The translations under genes were made by a program, and so were the position numbers. Below the pieces are notes generated by a model. The model did no database searches, was not told the origin of the DNA, and saw only the letters and a list, made by a program, of their open reading frames with translations. Below are positions 60,011-64,000 of a stretch of DNA of 64,000 bases, one piece after another (the first letter of the stretch is position 1; every line of letters starts with the position of its first letter). The stretch is from Amphiscolops sp. MND2022. Taxonomy: Eukaryota. The stretch spans positions 87,422,001-87,486,000 of the forward strand of contig OZ076409.1 in NCBI GenBank assembly GCA_964187785.1, given 5' to 3'.

Positions 60011-61297
60011 GTAATACATAAAACCACGTCGAACATCGAGTAATCCACATACAACCTTGTAGGATATGCGTTCTATCTTTGTTTCAAAGGGCAGATGATA
60101 TTGTTTGTATATAATTATTGATTTAATTCGTCTGCGAAAATACGTGATCTCATTGTATGTGTCAGTTTTCACGGGTTCTGTTATGTTTTAGACAGTTCAG
60201 CTTTCTCCGAAGTCCGAAAAAACATGGGAGGAGGCTTCCGCATCTTTAACCAGTTTGCTGTTTTTACCTACAGTCAAATGCAGAGTGTTTTACCAGATAG
60301 TACTTTGGGAAGTATTTCCGATTGGGACAATTTTTTGCAACTGGATTTAAACCGGGTTGATCTTCCATACAAGACACCAGATGAGTACGTACTGAATGAT
60401 GATTTCCACAGACTAGTGTTGGCCAGCAAATTGCCTCGCCCTAGTAAATTTGTTGAGCAGTCCATTAATTTCAATAAAACTCTTTGTAAGCAACTTCTCG
60501 GGAATGATATCGTTAAGTCCAAGCTTATCAGGGGCCTCTCCGCGTTTGACCCAGCGGTTATTCTTGATGGACCGGAAAATAATTACGTTGATGCCATCGA
60601 GAAATTATCCAGCCATTTCGTGTCAGCCGGATTGATTTCATCTAGCAGCAAAGCAACAGTTGTCAGCCAATATCGTTCTTTCGCTACGAAATTACGTTTG
60701 GAGGTTCCGGAGTATGATGATTGGATTCATTTCATGTCCACTCACTATGAGTTACAGAGTCGGCCGGAGTTGTTTCAAGTGTTTAAATTCTCGTGTCAAT
60801 GTCTGCCTACAACTATGGAACTGCCTCCTGAGTTTGTCGTTCCTTTGCCTAATTTGGAATCGGATGACGATATGTTCCGGTCATGTGTTCGAAGTTTGCA
60901 ACTATCCTACTTCAGTATTCCGCACGTTTCTAGTCTTTATCGTGATTCAAGATCAATTAGCCGCGTTTTCCGATTATTGGGCCGAGGGTCCGATTTGCTG
61001 AGTGATAAGAAGTTTTCGATTTGGAACTTCATGAAAGGAAGTGGAGTTCGACGTACTTCCATGCTGGGGAAGCTAGAAACAGGTTATCGGAAAGCAGCCT
61101 TGCAATACGAGCGGCCGGTGATTTCTTCGACCACCACGACTCCAAGCGTGAGTCGGACAAGCAGCATTAGTAGTTCTCCTTCGCCTGATCCCAGTTTGAG
61201 TCGAGCTAGTGTCCCAGTTAGTCGTTGCAATGAGACTGTGAATGAGGGTGCTGTGAGGAAGACTCCAGTTAAGCTTGTGAAGAGCAAGCGAAACTAA
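56932..61297 (+). pseudogene. Multi-exon gene for a BED-like zinc finger / hAT-transposase-derived protein, antisense to Gypsy pol, with frameshifts and stops
   Basis: Collinear + ORFs 57252-57518, 57578-57871, 58099-58704, 58744-59241, 59304-59522 and 60224-61297, separated by GT..AG introns (e.g. 58594-58735, 59221-59291) or 1-nt frameshifts. WCRVCKAELSLMSRGFLELVSHYRSETH (C2H2 BED-like), LSAFDP and RPELFQVFKFSCQCLPTT (hAT C-terminal-like). Confidence 0.6.
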
Positions 61298-61483
61298 TTT
61301 ACTGTAATTCTAGTTGCGTTTGCGTCGACGTTAACACTTTCTTCTTTGTTTCAATTTTGTTTTGAAGCTTGGTGTATTTATCCATATAGTTGTTGATTAT
61401 TTACATGGACAGAAGATCCCTCACAATAGTAAAACATGGGGTGAGGTTGAGAACAAAAGGAAAGCTTCTCTGCAATTCTTTTC

Positions 61484-64000
61484 TTAGTATCTGTATGAGT
61501 CTGAGTAGTTGGGATTGGGATTAGGACGTAAGTTGTATTTTTCACCACGGGTATTTATGGGTTCTTCTTGCAATGGGGTATTTTGGGAATTTTCTGGGGT
61601 TTTCTGAATATCATTATCTGTTGAAGTATTTGTATCTTTTTGGGTTTTTTGGGTATTATTATCATTTTCTTCATTTAATTGTTGTGGAGTTTCGTCAGCA
61701 TGATTTTCATGGTTTTGATCTTGTTCAGTGGTCTGTTCCACAGGACTGCCCCCACTATTTTTTGAAAATTCGCTGGAGGGAGGGTGGTTGTTTTTGGGTG
61801 GTGTAATGGGCAGGTATTCAATATCTTCGGTATTTTGTGAGTACTCTGGGGGGTTGTCCTCAAACGGATTAGGGCCGAAATTTGTATTCCAGGATTGAGC
61901 ATATAGATCGTCTTGCGTTATTGGCAGTTGGTCATCTTTCTGCCAATCAGTTTCTTGTACGAAAATGTCTGCAAGGGGAGCTTGGGGGGTAAACTTCCTC
62001 AAACGATATCGATGCAGAAGTTGTTTCTTGTTAGTTCCTAATCGTCTAACTATGTAGTTATTGTTAGGAAGGACTTTTTCAACGTTATATGGACCTTCCC
62101 ATCTAAATTCTCGAAAAGGTATCTTTGTTGCCTGGGTATCCGCCTTCGGGTTTAAGACTTAACAATAATCCGTTGTTTCAAGTGGAAATGCTTTTGCTTT
62201 CCTATCATAGAATGCTTTGTATTTGAGATAGAATTGCATTATGTTCTTTTTGGTTTGGTCAAGCAGTATTTTCATTCTTCTTTGTACTTCCTCTGCTTAA
62301 TCTGTATGTGGTAAGTATTTTGGGTTAGGGCTGTATCCAAGCTTGTAATCGAGTATGTTATGGGGTATTCGCCCATGAAAGACTCGTGAGGGCTCACAAC
62401 CCAGTGTTGCATGGTAAATAGTGTTGTGGTTTAAAACTGCTAGCGGGAGAAACCTGTGCCAATTGTTTCGAAACTCCCCGGTGGCAGCTTTAAGATGCGT
62501 TTTCACTGATGCATGAGTTCTCTCTAGGATTCCAATGGTTTGAGCGTGTTTCATTGTTGCATGTTTGAGCTCAATTCCTAGAACTGCGGCTACTTCATGT
62601 GTCACTTGGACAATAAATTGTGTGCCCAAATCCGTAATTATTGTAGTTGGTAGATATGTGTGTTTGCAGAGGATATCCATTATTACTCGGGCTACAGCAG
62701 AAGCTGTGATGCGTGTTACTGGATATGCAAACAAATACCTTGAAAAAACGTCTATCGCTGTGATTATGTGATCATAGCCTCCACTTGGAGGGAGATTGGG
62801 TAGGATGTCCATTTGGAAAATGTCTTCTGGACCAAGGTCCCATTCTGGACGGTTGAAAAGTTCCGTTCTAAGAAGATCATTGTTAATTCGTTTAGTTTGT
62901 ATGCAAATTTGGCAGTTGGTAACCCATTTTTTGATGTCTTTAGCAATACATGGGTAATAGTATTTTTGTCGGGCTTCTTGAATCATCTTCGTAATACCTG
63001 GATGGTTTGAGTTGTGACCATGTAGGGCTTGAAGAAATTCTTCTAAAAGTTGAGCCGGAAGTAATATCTGGTAATGGGAAGTGGTTCCCGTGTCTGTATA
63101 GTACCTCCGAGTGAGAACTTCTTGTTTAATTTCAATTCTAGCGATATTTTAAAGGTAATGATGGTATCTATAGTCAGATGCCAAATCATGTTTATCAAAA
63201 GGATGTCCTTCTATTTTTGCTCGTTAATTTCTGAGTACAATATCATTATTTTGTTCTAGACGAATTTTCGCATTGTCTCGGAAGTGACCTTCCGAACAAG
63301 TGTTTAAACCAGAAGTAGGTTTATGGAATTGTTGGAGTTCGGTTATGTTATTTTCTGGTTCATTGTGTGTCTCGTTTTGAGTTTGGTCTCGGATGTTCTG
63401 CTTCTCTTGCCATAATTGGTTTTCATCTAGTTCATCATCGGGGAGGATGTAAATCTGCTCTTCTTCTACGATCCCTGATGATCGTATGTTGACTTCAATT
63501 GCTTTGGTGTGTATGTCATTTCGGATGGTCAGTTCAAGTTTTTCAACTGGATTGACTTCAGTGCGTGAGAGGAAGTCAGCTGCAGTGTTCCTTGATCCAG
63601 CAACGTGGGCGATTACAAAATTGTATTGTAAAACATAATCGCATGCATTCCAAAGTGCTGGTGGGATAAGTTTTGCTTGAAAAAATCGGGTTACTGATCT
63701 ATTATCGGTGAACACGATTACAGGGAAGGTGCTACCCCACATGAGGTGTCCAAATTCAACAAAGGCAAAATATATGGAAAGGAATTCCTTGGCATATATT
63801 GACATTTTTGTTTGTGTCGGGTTGAAAGTTTTGGAACCAAATGCTATGGGAGCGTATGTTTTGCGTTTGGATTGTAATTTTTGGTTCGGGTCGTCTTCTA
63901 TCATAATGGCATATCCCGCAGCGGTAAAAATGGCATCAGACATGATTATGAGTTGTTTGTCTTTGAGGGGTTGCTTCAATGCCAATTGACATGAGTTTTC
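61484..64000 (-). mobile_element. Decayed Gypsy (Metaviridae) pol: RNase H - integrase - long C-terminal tail; continues beyond the window
   Basis: RNase H IMSDA...AGYA...YAKEFLSIY...TDNRSV...HVAGSRNTAADFLSR (63224-63985). HHCC HGHNSNHPG...CQIC. Integrase core MDILP...IDVFSRY...ITDLGTQF...GILER (62297-62986). Tail ending YNLRPNPNPNYSDSYRY (61484). RH-before-IN order; stops and frameshifts. Confidence 0.92.

Noticed and set aside
59657..60172. 171-aa minus ORF
   Set aside because: It is a translation of the CCGCATA repeat array (IRHYAE repeats) inside a predicted intron.

Overview
AT-rich, intron-containing animal genomic DNA made up mostly of transposons. The repeat families suggest an invertebrate, possibly an acoel, but that is a guess. 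Host genes: (i) a six-exon class A GPCR on + (17676-33984, 349 aa, melatonin-receptor-like NRY motif) and (ii) a single-exon secreted PAN-like/TSP1-like/C-type lectin gene on -, inside an exact 4078-bp tandem duplication whose second copy is frameshifted. Mobile elements: a decayed BEL/Pao element, two Tc1 (DD34E) elements, CCC-terminal MITEs, a tRNA-derived SINE, Helentron-like non-autonomous repeats, solo LTRs and the 3' part of a very large decayed Gypsy element. Three observations stand out. (1) A young 8.5-kb non-autonomous LTR element in GPCR intron 2 has 1.9-kb LTRs, a CGTAC TSD and a tRNA-Asn-like PBS. It encodes Gag-protease fused to a TARG1/OARD1-type macrodomain, has no RT/RNase H/integrase, and carries a divergent pair of small unknown ORFs. 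(2) Downstream of the large Gypsy pol lies a similar divergent accessory pair, including an antisense, intron-containing BED-finger/hAT-derived gene. (3) A 501-bp TIR insertion in a Tc1 transposase has GT...AG ends that would splice out exactly and restore a 333-aa ORF, as an introner would.
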